From: Kiritimatiellia bacterium | GTDB taxonomy: Bacteria; Verrucomicrobiota; Kiritimatiellia; JAAZAB01 | NCBI GenBank assembly: GCA_040767085.1 | Contig: JAXGPF010000007.1 | Coordinates: forward strand, 96,001 to 160,000 | Reading direction: 5' to 3' | DNA length: 64,000 nucleotides | Shown: in pieces, positions 51,690 to 62,607 of the stretch | Layout: every line of letters starts with the position of its first letter | How positions within the stretch are numbered: the stretch's first letter is position 1 | Program-made: the position numbers and the translations under genes | Notes under the pieces: generated by a model | Database searches by the model: none | What the model was told of the DNA's origin: nothing | Seen by the model: the letters and a program-made list of their open reading frames with translations, nothing else

Positions 51690-51923
51690 TCAATTCATGC
51701 CGCGGGCCGGGCAGCCGCCCGCCGGACAGGCGCGGCACGCGCCGGCGGCGGCGCAGGCCGGCGCCGCCGGCGCCGCCGGCGCGGCCACGCTGAAAGCCGA
51801 CAATTCCCTGCGCAGCCGGCGGCCGCCGCATTGCGGGCAAGTCTCCGGCGCATCGTCCTTCCGCCGCGCCAGGTATTCGAAACGCGCGCCGCACTTAGCG
51901 CAATGATATTCATGAATGGGCAT
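51690..51923 (-). CDS. FmdB-family zinc-ribbon protein
   Basis: MPIHEYHCAKCG..FE..CPQCG; AAGGAG RBS. Confidence 0.85.
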   Translation of the reverse strand: MPIHEYHCAKCGARFEYLARRKDDAPETCPQCGGRRLRRELSAFSVAAPAAPAAPACAAAGACRACPAGGCPARGMN

Positions 51924-51934
51924 AATGCTGCTCC

Positions 51935-52720
51935 TTAAATCAAAGCCTGGTCCACCGCCGTCCGGCAGGGGCAATTTTCCAGCGTGATCCGCGGCATAAC
52001 GGCCGGAAGCAGCCGGTAGATATTAGCCACGTTATCCGCCATGGTTTTCAGCACCATCTCGATGGTCACGGTTTCCAGGCTGGCATGCCAGGAATCGTAA
52101 TCGGTGGCCATGGCCACCGCCGCGTAACACAGCCCAGCCTCGCGCGCCAGCACCGCCTCCGGCACGGTGCTCATGTTGATCACATCCCCGCCCCACTGGC
52201 GGAACATCCGGCTTTCCGCCCGCGTGGAGAAGCGCGGCCCTTCAATCGTCACCATCACGCCCTGCGGGTGATGCGGGATGCCCAGTTCCGCCGCCGCCAC
52301 GCAAAGCGCCTGGCGGATGTGCGGGCAGAACGGATCGCTCATGGGAATATGGCAGACGCGCGCGCCTTCGTAAAAGGTCTGGGCGCGCCTGGTGGTGCGG
52401 TCGATGAACTGGTCAATCATGACGAAATGCCCGGGGATGATTTCCTCGCGGAGGCTGCCGCAAGCCGTGGTGGCAATGACATGGGTCACCCCCAGTTCCC
52501 GGAGCGCCCAGATGTTGGCGCGGTAATTCACCAGCGAGGGCATGATACTGTGGCCCGCGCCGTGGCGCGCCAGGACCGCCACTTCCGCATCCCCCAACCG
52601 GCCGGTCTTCACCGTGTCCGACGGCGGGCCGTAGGGCGTATGCACTTTATGACTGCGCACGCCGCCCAGCTCCAGCCGGTCATCCAGTCCCGAGCCGCCG
52701 ATAATGCCGATTTTAATCAT
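51935..52720 (-). CDS. mtnP: S-methyl-5'-thioadenosine phosphorylase
   Basis: [44 protein letters not shown]. Confidence 0.92.
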   Translation of the reverse strand: MIKIGIIGGSGLDDRLELGGVRSHKVHTPYGPPSDTVKTGRLGDAEVAVLARHGAGHSIMPSLVNYRANIWALRELGVTHVIATTACGSLREEIIPGHFVMIDQFIDRTTRRAQTFYEGARVCHIPMSDPFCPHIRQALCVAAAELGIPHHPQGVMVTIEGPRFSTRAESRMFRQWGGDVINMSTVPEAVLAREAGLCYAAVAMATDYDSWHASLETVTIEMVLKTMADNVANIYRLLPAVMPRITLENCPCRTAVDQALI

Positions 52721-52792
52721 GCCGTTCTCCCTTTGCTCCGCCGCACCGGTCCGCTGCGCGCGGCGGCGCCGCCCGCAGCCATCCGGCAAAAT

Positions 52793-54679
52793 TCATTTAA
52801 ACTGCAGTTCGTACAAGCGCCGGTAGGCGCCACCGCGCGCCAGCAGTTCCTGGTGCGGACCGATTTCCACGATCCGGCCCTGGTCCAGCACGACGATCTT
52901 GTCGCAATGCACGATGGTGGACAGGCGGTGCGCAATGGCAAAGACCGTGCGGCCGGACATCACCTCGTCCAGCGCCGCCTGCACCAGGCGTTCGGACTCG
53001 GTATCCAGCGCGCTGGTGGCTTCATCCAGAATCAGGATCGGCGGATTGCGCAAAATGGCCCGGGCGATGGCCAGGCGCTGGCACTGGCCCCCGGACAGGC
53101 GCACGCCGCGTTCGCCGATGACCGTGTCGTAACCCGCGGGCATCCGCATGATGAAGTCATGCGCATGCGCGCGGCGCGCGGCGGCCTGGATGGCGTCGCG
53201 CGGCAAAGCGCCGCTGCCGTAGGCGATATTGGCGGCGACAGTGTCGTTGAACAAAAATGTGTCCTGTGTCACCAGGCCGATGCGGCTCCGCAAATCCGCC
53301 AGGCGCAACTCTCGCAAATCGGCTCCGTTCATCAAGACGCGGCCGGAACTGACATCGTAAAAGCGCGGCAGCAGGTTGACCAGGGTGGTTTTGCCGGCGC
53401 CGGAAGCGCCTACCAGGGCAATCCGCTCGCCCGCGTCCACGGCAAAATCGATGCCGCGCAATACCGGCTGCCCCGGCTCGTACTCAAAACACACGTGCTC
53501 GAAAACAACCGTCCGCAGCGGCAGGGCCAGGGGCCGGGCGGCGGCGTCGCGGATCAGCACCGGGGTGTCCAGAATCTCGAAAATCCGGTCGGCGGCGGCG
53601 GAAGTCTGCTGCACGTGCATGTGAATCTTGCTGAGTTTTTTTACCGGCTCGTACATCACCACCGCCGCCAGGGCAAAGGTGATGAAATCCTCGGCCGGCA
53701 TCCTGGCCCAGCGGGCGTATAACAGGACCAGCGCCAGGCCGGCCATGGAAATGAAAACGATCAGCGGTTCAATCGCGGCCTTGGCAATGGTCACGCGCAT
53801 GATGCGGCTGAAAAACAGCCGGCATTGCTCGCGGAAACGTCCGACTTCATAAGCTTCCATGCCGAAAGCCTTGACGATCCGGATGCCCGACAGGGTTTCC
53901 TGCATGATCGAAACCAGCTCCGCCAGGCGCTCCTGCCCGTGCCGGGCGTAGCGCCGCACCCGCCGGCCGAACAGGGCCACGGGCACGATGCAAACGGGAA
54001 ACAGCACCAGCATGCCCAAAGTCAGCCGGGCATCCAGGAACAACGCGTAGCCGACCGCGCCCAGCAGGACGAAAGGCTGCTTGACCAGGTCGCCGAGGAC
54101 GGACGAAACGGCGCGCTCGATCATCATCGAATCGTTCAGGGTGCGGGAAATCAACTCGCCGGTTTTGCGTTGGGAAAAGAAGCGGACGGACAAATCCTGC
54201 AAATGGCTGAAGGTGACCACCCGCAAATCCATCACCACGCGGTTGCCCACCCACTCGATGAAATAATCGCCTAAAAACTGGCCCACGCCCCGCAGCAAGC
54301 CGAAGGCCAGCAGTATGCCGAGCATGACCAACAGACTGCTGAAGCTGGAAGTCTGCAACATCTGGCCCAGCACGCCCCCGGCCGCCGCCTCCTCCGGCAG
54401 ATCGCCGATGCCGGCTCCCGGCGCTCCCGGAAACACATGGCCCAGCACACCCCCGGCCGCCTCTTCCGCGGGCAGATCGCCGGTGCCTGCTCCCGATGAT
54501 GCCGGGAACACATGGCTCAGCACACCCCGGCCCGCCGCCAGCATGCCGGTCATTGAGCCGCCGAAAAGCGCGCCGCAGAACATGCCGATCAACAGGCGCG
54601 GCAGGTACGGCCGGGCATAACGCACCAGCCTGCCATAAGTCTGCCACTGTACGGGCGGTTTGTTTTTTGCTTGCGGCAT
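52793..54679 (-). CDS. MsbA-like ABC exporter (TMD+NBD)
   Basis: TM domain, GASGAGKTT, LSGGQ, DEATSALD, AHRLST. Confidence 0.88.
   Translation of the reverse strand: MPQAKNKPPVQWQTYGRLVRYARPYLPRLLIGMFCGALFGGSMTGMLAAGRGVLSHVFPASSGAGTGDLPAEEAAGGVLGHVFPGAPGAGIGDLPEEAAAGGVLGQMLQTSSFSSLLVMLGILLAFGLLRGVGQFLGDYFIEWVGNRVVMDLRVVTFSHLQDLSVRFFSQRKTGELISRTLNDSMMIERAVSSVLGDLVKQPFVLLGAVGYALFLDARLTLGMLVLFPVCIVPVALFGRRVRRYARHGQERLAELVSIMQETLSGIRIVKAFGMEAYEVGRFREQCRLFFSRIMRVTIAKAAIEPLIVFISMAGLALVLLYARWARMPAEDFITFALAAVVMYEPVKKLSKIHMHVQQTSAAADRIFEILDTPVLIRDAAARPLALPLRTVVFEHVCFEYEPGQPVLRGIDFAVDAGERIALVGASGAGKTTLVNLLPRFYDVSSGRVLMNGADLRELRLADLRSRIGLVTQDTFLFNDTVAANIAYGSGALPRDAIQAAARRAHAHDFIMRMPAGYDTVIGERGVRLSGGQCQRLAIARAILRNPPILILDEATSALDTESERLVQAALDEVMSGRTVFAIAHRLSTIVHCDKIVVLDQGRIVEIGPHQELLARGGAYRRLYELQFK
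54363..54536. repeat. 75-bp intragenic tandem repeat (about 2.3 copies)
   Basis: tggc(c/t)cagcac.. units at 54363, 54438 and 54513 encoding GVLxHVFP..GAGxGDLP..AAG. Confidence 0.85.
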
Positions 54680-54732
54680 GGTTATGTTACAACTGGGCAT
54701 TCCGCGGCGGCGCGCCGGCGGCGCCACGCAAC

Positions 54733-55656
54733 TCACTCGGCCAGAAATCGTTCCACCTCCAGAGCCGCCATGCAACCGGAGCCGGCGGCGGTCACCGCCT
54801 GGCGGTAACGGGAGTCCGCCACATCGCCGGCCGCGAACACGCCGCGCACGCTGGTGCGGGTATTGTCGGAACGGATGTAGCCTTTTTCGTCCATGGCCAC
54901 CTGGCCGGCAAAGGGTGCGGTGTTGGGCCGGTGGCCGATGGCAATGAAAACGCCGGCCGCTGCCAGGTCGGACATGGCGCCGGTTTTTACGTTTTTCAGG
55001 CGCAGTCCGGTGACTTCGTTGCGGTTGACATCCAGGACTTCCGCCACCACGCTGTCCCAGCGGATGTCAATCTTGGGATGCTGCCGGACACGTTCAGCCA
55101 TGATCCGCGAGGCGCGGAACTGGTCGCGCCGGTGAATCACCGTCACGCGCGAAGCGAAGCGGGTCAGGAAGAGGGCGTCTTCCATGGCCGTATCGCCGCC
55201 GCCAACCACGGCGACGGGGACGCCCCGGTAGAGCGCGCCGTCGCAGGTCGCGCAACCCGAAACGCCCCGCCCGATCAGCGCCTGTTCCGATGGCAGTCCC
55301 AGATAAACGGCGGACGCGCCGGTGGCAATGATGACGGCGCGGCCCGCCAATTCCGCGCCGGTATCCAGGCGAACGCGCAGCGGACTTTGCTGGAAATCGC
55401 AACCGGCCACCGCGCCGCTCAACACGCGCGCGCCGAAGCGCTCGGCCTGGCGCCGCATCTGGAGAGTCAATTCCGTACCGTCAATCCCCTCCGGAAAGCC
55501 AGGATAGTTTTCCACCTCGGTGGTGGTGGTCAATTGGCCGCCCGGCTGGGGCCCCTCGATCAGGACCGGATTCAGGCTGGCGCGCGCCGTGTAGATGGCG
55601 GCGGTCCAGCCGGCCGGGCCGGCGCCGATAATGATGACATTTTCCGCTGGTTCCAT
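54733..55656 (-). CDS. trxB: Thioredoxin-disulfide reductase
   Basis: GAGPAG, ENYPGF, CATCDG, GGGDTA, GVFAAGD..QAVTAAG. Confidence 0.96.
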   Translation of the reverse strand: MEPAENVIIIGAGPAGWTAAIYTARASLNPVLIEGPQPGGQLTTTTEVENYPGFPEGIDGTELTLQMRRQAERFGARVLSGAVAGCDFQQSPLRVRLDTGAELAGRAVIIATGASAVYLGLPSEQALIGRGVSGCATCDGALYRGVPVAVVGGGDTAMEDALFLTRFASRVTVIHRRDQFRASRIMAERVRQHPKIDIRWDSVVAEVLDVNRNEVTGLRLKNVKTGAMSDLAAAGVFIAIGHRPNTAPFAGQVAMDEKGYIRSDNTRTSVRGVFAAGDVADSRYRQAVTAAGSGCMAALEVERFLAE

Positions 55657-56023
55657 GATGCGCTCCGGGTGCTTCGCGTTGCTGAACTGCGGTCCATACT
55701 ACATGATTACCAAAAAATATTCCATTACATATTGCCTGAATTTTGCACGAATATTGGTGTTGAAACGATTTCACGCAATCATAGAGCGGGCAAATTAATT
55801 TTCGCACGGTTACTTACTGTCACCCATATGGTTACACAAGCATAGTTTTCAAAAGCACCAATTTTCGCCCGCCGTCGCACGGAATGCTATGGCGGGCACA
55901 GCCCGCAGCCGGCCGCGCGATTTTGGCGCGGTGCAGTGTTGGCAGGGATTCCATGTATAAGAATACACCATCACCCTTGCCGCCTTGCCCCGCGCAAAAC
56001 TTCCGCGGTGCAATATTCAGGCA

Positions 56024-56052
56024 TTGACTTCCCGTGCAAATGCTTTTAGTGT
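56024..56052 (+). promoter_or_regulatory. Putative sigma-70 promoter of the dUTPase gene
   Basis: TTGACT-N17-TAGTGT. Confidence 0.5.
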
Positions 56053-56096
56053 GCTGGACAGCCGCCGCACTTCCACTTCCAACCCAGGGGGACCAC

Positions 56097-56477
56097 ATGG
56101 CCGACATGCTTGAAGAAATTTTCCGTTTGCAGGGTGAATTAAACCAGCGCATTGGCGTTGACACGCTTAACCTGCCCGCGTCGGAGCAGCCGCAATGGAT
56201 TTTGAACTACTGCCGGGCGCTTTCCCAGGAAATCGCCGAATTGACCGACAGCGTGCCGTGGAAATGGTGGGCCAAGTACCAGAAATTCGACAAGCAAAAC
56301 GCCCGGGTGGAAGTGGCGGACATGTTTCACTTCCTTGTCTCGCTGGCCCAGGTGCTGGGCATGTCGGCGCAGGACATCTACCAGGCTTACCGGCAAAAAC
56401 ACCAGGTCAACCTGCAGCGCCAGGATGGCGGCTATACGACAAAGGACGAAGATGACAGCCGGCACATCGGCGTCTGA
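56097..56477 (+). CDS. Dimeric all-alpha dUTPase (dUTPase_2 family)
   Basis: QEIAEL..PWKWW, RVEVADMFHF, NLQRQ..GY. Confidence 0.85.
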   Translation: MADMLEEIFRLQGELNQRIGVDTLNLPASEQPQWILNYCRALSQEIAELTDSVPWKWWAKYQKFDKQNARVEVADMFHFLVSLAQVLGMSAQDIYQAYRQKHQVNLQRQDGGYTTKDEDDSRHIGV

Positions 56478-56559
56478 GCGGCGGGGCCGCTCCGCTGCCT
56501 GACGGCGGTTAACGGCGCTCCCCGGCCCCGCCCTGCGGGCCGCGCGGGCGGCGCCGCCG

Positions 56560-58269
56560 TCAGGTGTACTTCAGCACTTCTTCCACGGTGGTGTAGCCGT
56601 CCAGGATGTTGCGGACGCCGTCATCGCGCAGCAGGCGCATGCCCAGTTCGATGGCCTTGTTGCGCAGCACCATGGTCGGCTTGCGTTCGTTGATCAGCAC
56701 GCGGAGAGCGTCGTTCACCGCCATGTATTCGTACAGCCCCTTGCGTCCGTGATAGCCGGTCTGATGGCATTCCTCGCAGCCCTTGCCGTAATAAAACGGC
56801 TTGCCGGCCACGTCCGCCGGCTTGAGATTGAGCTGATCCAGCACCGATTCGTCCGGCTGGTAGGCCGTCTTGCATTTCTGGCAAATCGTGCGGACCAGCC
56901 GCTGGGCCAGCACCGATTCCAGGGTGGAGGAGATCAAGTAGGGCTCGACGTTCATGTCGATCAAGCGCGTCACGGCGCCGGGCGCGTCGTTGGTATGCAG
57001 CGTGCTGAGCACCAGGTGGCCGGTCAGGGAAGCCTGGATGGCGATCTGGGCGGTTTCCAGGTCGCGGATTTCACCGATCATGATGATGTCGGGATCCTGG
57101 CGCAGGAAAGCGCGGAGCACGCGCTGGAAATTCACGCCGATGGCTTCATTGGCCTGCACCTGGATAATGCCTTCGATATCGTATTCCACCGGGTCCTCCA
57201 CCGTCAGCAGCTTGGACTCAATGGTGTTGATCTTGCGCAGGCCGGAATAGAGCGTCGTGGTCTTGCCCGAACCGGTCGGCCCGGTGACGATCACAATGCC
57301 GTTGGGCTTCTGGATGTCCAGGTTGAAGGTGTCGAAGACGTCCGGCGGCATGCCCAGGTTTTCCAGTTCCAGCGAAACGGTGGAGCGGTCAAGAATACGC
57401 AGCACCACGCTTTCGCCGAATTGGGTGGGCAGGGTGGAAACGCGGAAATCAATCTGCCGGCCCAGCATCGGCAACTGCAGGCGGCCGTCCTGCGGCAGGC
57501 GCCGCTCGGCGATATTCAGGTTCGACATCACCTTGATGCGCGAAACCACGGGCAGCGCCAGGCGCTTGGGCGGCGGCGACATCTCGTAAAGCGCGCCGTC
57601 CACCCGGTAGCGGATTTTGAATTCTTTTTCGAACGGCTCAAAATGGATGTCCGAAGCCTTGGCCTGGACGGCTTCATACAGCACCAGGTTCACGAACCGC
57701 ACCACCGGCGCGGCGTTGGCCGCCTGCTCCAGCCCCTGCAAATCCTCCTTGTCTTCCGTCAGTTCCAGCATTCCGTCGGACGCCAGGTCCGTTTCCAGGG
57801 CGGAGAGCAGGTCGTTCACGGAAGCGTTATCCTCGCCGTATAAACGGGCGATCAGGGTGCGCACATCCGCTTCCCGGGCCAGCACGAAGGAGACATCGCG
57901 GGTCAGAACGAAACGGATTTCATCCATGGTTTCCGGCGGCACCAGTTCCGAGGAGGCCAGGGTCACGGTTTGCTGGTCATAGCTGACCGGCGCCATGTTA
58001 TACATGCGGGCCACGCTGGCAGGAATGGACTTGGCGATTTCGGGGGGGATTTCCAGGTCCGCCAGGTTGACCATGGTGGCGCCCATGTGGTTGGCGATCA
58101 GCACCAGCAGGTCGTCTTCGGTCAAGGCGCCCATATCCAGCACAATCTTGCGGATGGGCGTGCCTGCGCGGCGCTGTTCCTCCAGCGCCTCCTCCACCTG
58201 GGCGTCGGTCAGCGCGCCGGCTTCCGCCAGCAGTTCCAGCAAAGGATCGTTATGCGTGCTCGCGGCCAT
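56560..58269 (-). CDS. PilB/GspE-family pilus assembly ATPase (paralog 2)
   Basis: [55 protein letters not shown]. Confidence 0.92.
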   Translation of the reverse strand: MAASTHNDPLLELLAEAGALTDAQVEEALEEQRRAGTPIRKIVLDMGALTEDDLLVLIANHMGATMVNLADLEIPPEIAKSIPASVARMYNMAPVSYDQQTVTLASSELVPPETMDEIRFVLTRDVSFVLAREADVRTLIARLYGEDNASVNDLLSALETDLASDGMLELTEDKEDLQGLEQAANAAPVVRFVNLVLYEAVQAKASDIHFEPFEKEFKIRYRVDGALYEMSPPPKRLALPVVSRIKVMSNLNIAERRLPQDGRLQLPMLGRQIDFRVSTLPTQFGESVVLRILDRSTVSLELENLGMPPDVFDTFNLDIQKPNGIVIVTGPTGSGKTTTLYSGLRKINTIESKLLTVEDPVEYDIEGIIQVQANEAIGVNFQRVLRAFLRQDPDIIMIGEIRDLETAQIAIQASLTGHLVLSTLHTNDAPGAVTRLIDMNVEPYLISSTLESVLAQRLVRTICQKCKTAYQPDESVLDQLNLKPADVAGKPFYYGKGCEECHQTGYHGRKGLYEYMAVNDALRVLINERKPTMVLRNKAIELGMRLLRDDGVRNILDGYTTVEEVLKYT

Positions 58270-58281
58270 TTTTCCTCGCTC

Positions 58282-59376
58282 TCAACGCTTGCGGGCGCCG
58301 GCGGCGCCCTGTAATTTAGCGGCAATGGCGGACTGATCCTGCGCCTTGGTAATCAGTTCGTCGTACCCGATGACGCCGGCCTCGTATAAAACCATCAGGT
58401 GCGCATCCAGGGTGACCATGCCCCACTTCGCGCCGGTCTGGATATCCGACGGAATGCGGAAGGTCTTGTTGTCCCGGATCAGCTGCTGGATTGACGGGGT
58501 GGTGATCATAATCTCGAAGGCCGCAACGCGGCCGGGGCGGTCCTGGCGCACCAGCAGCAGCTGCGAGACGACGGCGATGATGGTGGACGCCAGTTGGGTG
58601 CGAATCTGCTCCTGCTGGTCGGTCGGAAAAGCATCCACGATGCGGTCCACCGTGCGCGCGGCGCCGGTGGTGTGCAGGGTGGCCATGACCAGATGGCCGG
58701 TTTCCGCGGCCGAGATCGCGGCCTCCATGGTTTCCAGGTCGCGCATTTCGCCCACGAGAATGACATCCGGGTCCTGGCGCAGGGCGCGCCGCAGGGCCTC
58801 CTTGAAATTCGGCACGTCCACCCCGACTTCCCGCTGGGTGATCACCGATTTCTTGTGCGCATGGTAATACTCGATCGGATCTTCAATGGTGATGATGTGG
58901 CAGTCGCGTTCGGTGTTGATCACGTCGATCATGCTGGCCAGGGTGGACGTCTTGCCCGACCCGGTCGGGCCGGTGACCAGGATCAAGCCCCGCGGCCGGA
59001 AGAGCAAATCCTTGACCTGGGACGGCAACCCGATGTCTTCCAGCGTCATCAGCTTGGAAGGAATCTGCCGCAGCACCATGCCCACGTTGCCCCGGGCCTT
59101 CAGCACGCTCACGCGGAAACGCGCCGCCGTCCCGAAACTGAATCCGAAATCCACCCCGCCGATTTCCCGGACTTTCTGCTGGTAATTTTCGGAAGTGACG
59201 CTTTTCATCAGCCGCTCGGTGTCTTCCGGGGCCAGCGGCGGCGCGTCCAGCGGGCGCAAGCCGCCATGCACGCGCAGCATCGGCGGCAGGCCGACGGCGA
59301 GGTGCAGGTCCGACGCGCCCTCCTCCACCACCAACTGCAGCAGATCGGTCATGGTCACCGCGGCCGGAGCGCTCAT
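58282..59376 (-). CDS. pilT: Type IV pilus retraction ATPase
   Basis: [55 protein letters not shown] (AIRNLIRE-like). Confidence 0.93.
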   Translation of the reverse strand: MSAPAAVTMTDLLQLVVEEGASDLHLAVGLPPMLRVHGGLRPLDAPPLAPEDTERLMKSVTSENYQQKVREIGGVDFGFSFGTAARFRVSVLKARGNVGMVLRQIPSKLMTLEDIGLPSQVKDLLFRPRGLILVTGPTGSGKTSTLASMIDVINTERDCHIITIEDPIEYYHAHKKSVITQREVGVDVPNFKEALRRALRQDPDVILVGEMRDLETMEAAISAAETGHLVMATLHTTGAARTVDRIVDAFPTDQQEQIRTQLASTIIAVVSQLLLVRQDRPGRVAAFEIMITTPSIQQLIRDNKTFRIPSDIQTGAKWGMVTLDAHLMVLYEAGVIGYDELITKAQDQSAIAAKLQGAAGARKR

Positions 59377-61079
59377 GTTTCATCTCCCATGGTAATACCC
59401 AGCACCTCTTCCAGGGTGGTGATGCCGGCGACCACTTTCCGCAAACCATCCTCCCGCAGGGAGCGCATGCCTAATTCGCGGGCGCGCCGGCGCAAATCGT
59501 CCGCGGACACCTTGTTGTAAATCATCGCGCGCACGTCGTCATTCATGACGAAAATCTCGTACAGGCCCTTGCGCCCGCGATAGCCCGTGTGCGAACAGGC
59601 GGCGCAGCCGGCGCCCTTGACCAACTGCGCCTGGCGCATCTGCTCAGCCGCGGGGCCCAGCATTTTCAGTTCCTGTTCGGTGGGCTGATAAGGCTCCTTG
59701 CATTTATCGCAAATTACCCGCACCAGCCGCTGGGCCATGGTGGCGCGGATGGAAGTCGCCAGCAGGAACGGCTTGACGCCGATGTCCAGCAAGCGGGTAA
59801 TGGCGCTGGGCGCGTCGTTGGTATGCAGGGTGCTGAAAACCAGGTGGCCGGTCAGCGAAGCGTTGATGGCGATTTCGGCCGTGTCGTAATCGCGGATTTC
59901 GCCGACCATAATGATGTTCGGGGCCTGGCGCAGCATGGAACGGAGCACCGCCGGGAAATCCAGACCGATATCCTCGCGGATTTGGACCTGGTTGATGCCG
60001 GCGATCTGGTATTCCACCGGGTCTTCCGCCGTGATGATCTTGCGGTCCGGCCGGTTCAGATGGTTCAGGCAGGCGTAGAGGGTGGTCGTCTTGCCCGAAC
60101 CGGTGGGCCCGGTGATCAGGAGGATGCCGTCCGGCAGAGCGATCAAGCGCTCGAACGTCTGCTGGTCATCGGCGAAAAATCCCAGCTTGGGCAATCCCAG
60201 CGCCAGGTTCTGCTTGCTGAGAATACGCATGACTATGCTTTCGCCGTGCGAGGACGGCACGGTGGACACGCGCAAGTCCAGGTCTTCGCCGGCGACGTTG
60301 ATCTGGATGCGCCCGTCCTGCGGCACACGCTTTTCGGCGATTTTCATGCCGGCCATCAGCTTGAGCCGGCTGATGATCACCGCCTGCAGCCGCTTGGGCG
60401 GGCTTTCCACCTCGTGCAGCACGCCGTCAATGCGGTAGCGCACCCGGAAGCGTTTTTCCAGGGGCTCGAGGTGGATATCCGAGGCGCGGCTGCGCTGGGC
60501 TTCCAGGATGATCAGACTGACCAGCTTGATGATGGGCGCGTCGTTGTCGGTGGTGGAGGCATCGTCCGCCATCTCGCTCATGTTGACCGACATTTCCGTG
60601 CCATCCGCCGTACCCTGTTCCAGCAATTCCTCGATGGACTTCTCGGCGCGGCCGTAATAATGATCCAGGGCCACTTCGATTTCCTCGTCGGACGCCACGA
60701 CGCCTTCGACGTTGCGCTTCAGAATATAGCGCAGGCTGTCCAGGGTTTCGATATTGAGCGGATCGCTCAAAGCCACGGTCAGGGAGTTGTCGGCGATGTG
60801 CACCGGCACCACCTTGTAGCGGCGCGCGATTTCCGCGGGCACCTGCTGGATCACCTCGTTGGGGATGTCATGGTCCGCCAGCACGATGACATCCATGCCC
60901 AACTGCATGGCCACGGTCTTCAGCACTTCCATTTTGGAAAGCACGCCCTCTTCCACCAGCAGGTCCACCGGGCTTTTATGGGTCTGCTCCGCCCGGCGCC
61001 GCGCGCTCTCGATCTGGTCCGGTTTGACCAGGCCGACATCCCGCAGGATTTCAATGATATAATCGTCGTTGCCGGTCAC
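59373..61079 (-). CDS. PilB/GspE-family pilus assembly ATPase (paralog 1)
   Basis: GTG start at 61079 after [42 protein letters not shown]. Confidence 0.92.
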   Translation of the reverse strand: MTGNDDYIIEILRDVGLVKPDQIESARRRAEQTHKSPVDLLVEEGVLSKMEVLKTVAMQLGMDVIVLADHDIPNEVIQQVPAEIARRYKVVPVHIADNSLTVALSDPLNIETLDSLRYILKRNVEGVVASDEEIEVALDHYYGRAEKSIEELLEQGTADGTEMSVNMSEMADDASTTDNDAPIIKLVSLIILEAQRSRASDIHLEPLEKRFRVRYRIDGVLHEVESPPKRLQAVIISRLKLMAGMKIAEKRVPQDGRIQINVAGEDLDLRVSTVPSSHGESIVMRILSKQNLALGLPKLGFFADDQQTFERLIALPDGILLITGPTGSGKTTTLYACLNHLNRPDRKIITAEDPVEYQIAGINQVQIREDIGLDFPAVLRSMLRQAPNIIMVGEIRDYDTAEIAINASLTGHLVFSTLHTNDAPSAITRLLDIGVKPFLLATSIRATMAQRLVRVICDKCKEPYQPTEQELKMLGPAAEQMRQAQLVKGAGCAACSHTGYRGRKGLYEIFVMNDDVRAMIYNKVSADDLRRRARELGMRSLREDGLRKVVAGITTLEEVLGITMGDET

Positions 61080-61093
61080 GATGTGATCCCTTG

Positions 61094-62590
61094 TTATGAC
61101 AAACGTTTTTCCAACAATTCGCGCACGAGGCGGGGGTTGGCCTTGCCCTTGCAATGGCGCATCACCTGGCCGATCAGGAACTGCAGCGCCGCGGCCTTGC
61201 CGGCGCGGAAATCTTCCGCGGACTTGGGCTGCTCCGCCAGCACCTGCTCCACCACGGGCGCCAGGGCGCTGTCGTCGCTGATCTGCGCTAAATTCTGCTC
61301 GGCGACGATCCGCCCCGGCATGCCGCCGCTGGCGCATAACTGGGCAAAGATAGCTTTGGCGGTCGGCATGTTGACGGCCTGGTTTTCCGCCAGCGCCGCC
61401 AGTTCCGCCAGCGCCGCGGGCGTCACGGCCGCGCGGCCGATGGCCAGGTTGTTTTCCGAAAGATACCGCAGCATCTCCGTCATCATCCAGTTCGCCACCG
61501 CCTTGGCGGAAGCCGGCGGGCGCGCGGCCGCAGCGAGGCGCGCGGCTGTTTCGAAATAATCCGCCACGGCCTTGTCCGCGGCCAGCACCCGGGCATCGTA
61601 GGCGGTAATCCCGTATTCGCGTTCCAGGCGTTCGCAGCGCTGGCGGGGCAGTTCCGGCAGGGTTGCCGCCCAGTCCTGGAGCTGCGCGGCGGTCAGAACC
61701 ACCGGCGGCAGGTCGGGATCCGGGAAATAACGGTAATCGTGGGCGTCTTCCTTGGTGCGCATGGAGGCGGTCACCCCCTGCTCGCCCAGCCACCGGCGCG
61801 TCTCCTGGCGCACCGCGCCGCCGCCGCGCACAACTTCCATCTGGCGCGCAATTTCAAATTGCAGCGCCTGGAACACGCCTTTAAAGGTGTTCATGTTTTT
61901 GATTTCGGTTTTGACGCCGAGCGCGCTTTGGCCCGCCGGCCGCACACTGCAATTGATATCGCAGCGCAGGTTGCCCTCCTCCAGGTTGCACGGGCTGATG
62001 CCCCCGTACACCAGGATCTGCTTCAAGGCCAGTAGAAACGCGAAAGTCTCTTCCGGCGAATGCAAGTCCGGCTCGGTCACGATTTCCATCAACGGATGCC
62101 CGGCGCGATTGAAATCCACCCGGCTTGTCTCCCGGTAATGCATGTTCTTCGCCACATCTTCCTCGAGATGAATCCGGGTCAACCGCACGGTTTTGGCTTC
62201 CGCCGCGCCGCCTTCGGCGCCGCCCGGCAGGGCGACGCCGGCTTCCCGGCCCAGCGCGAAAGACAGGGAACCGCCCAGGCACAGCGGCTGGTCGTATTGT
62301 GAAATCTGGTAGTTTTTCGGCATGTCGGGGTAAAAATAGTGCTTGCGGTCGAACTTGCTGCGGGGATTGATCCGGCAGCCCAGCATCATGCCGGCCAGCA
62401 CTGTCAAGCGCACGGCCTCGGCGTTGATCACCGGCAGGGCGCCGGGATACCCCAGGCAAACCGGGCAGACCAGCGTGTTGGGCGGCGCGCCGAAATCCGT
62501 GCCGCAGGCGCAGAACATCTTCGAACGCGTGTCCAATTGCACATGGATTTCCAACCCGATGTCGGCGGTCATGTTTGCTTGCGTTTCCAT
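61094..62590 (-). CDS. gatB: Asp/Glu-tRNA amidotransferase subunit B
   Basis: IGLEIHVQL, CPVCLGYPG, YFYPDMPK, RCDIN, YRYFPDPDL. Confidence 0.96.
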   Translation of the reverse strand: METQANMTADIGLEIHVQLDTRSKMFCACGTDFGAPPNTLVCPVCLGYPGALPVINAEAVRLTVLAGMMLGCRINPRSKFDRKHYFYPDMPKNYQISQYDQPLCLGGSLSFALGREAGVALPGGAEGGAAEAKTVRLTRIHLEEDVAKNMHYRETSRVDFNRAGHPLMEIVTEPDLHSPEETFAFLLALKQILVYGGISPCNLEEGNLRCDINCSVRPAGQSALGVKTEIKNMNTFKGVFQALQFEIARQMEVVRGGGAVRQETRRWLGEQGVTASMRTKEDAHDYRYFPDPDLPPVVLTAAQLQDWAATLPELPRQRCERLEREYGITAYDARVLAADKAVADYFETAARLAAAARPPASAKAVANWMMTEMLRYLSENNLAIGRAAVTPAALAELAALAENQAVNMPTAKAIFAQLCASGGMPGRIVAEQNLAQISDDSALAPVVEQVLAEQPKSAEDFRAGKAAALQFLIGQVMRHCKGKANPRLVRELLEKRLS

Positions 62591-62607
62591 TCCCGATCAC
62601 ACCCGAA

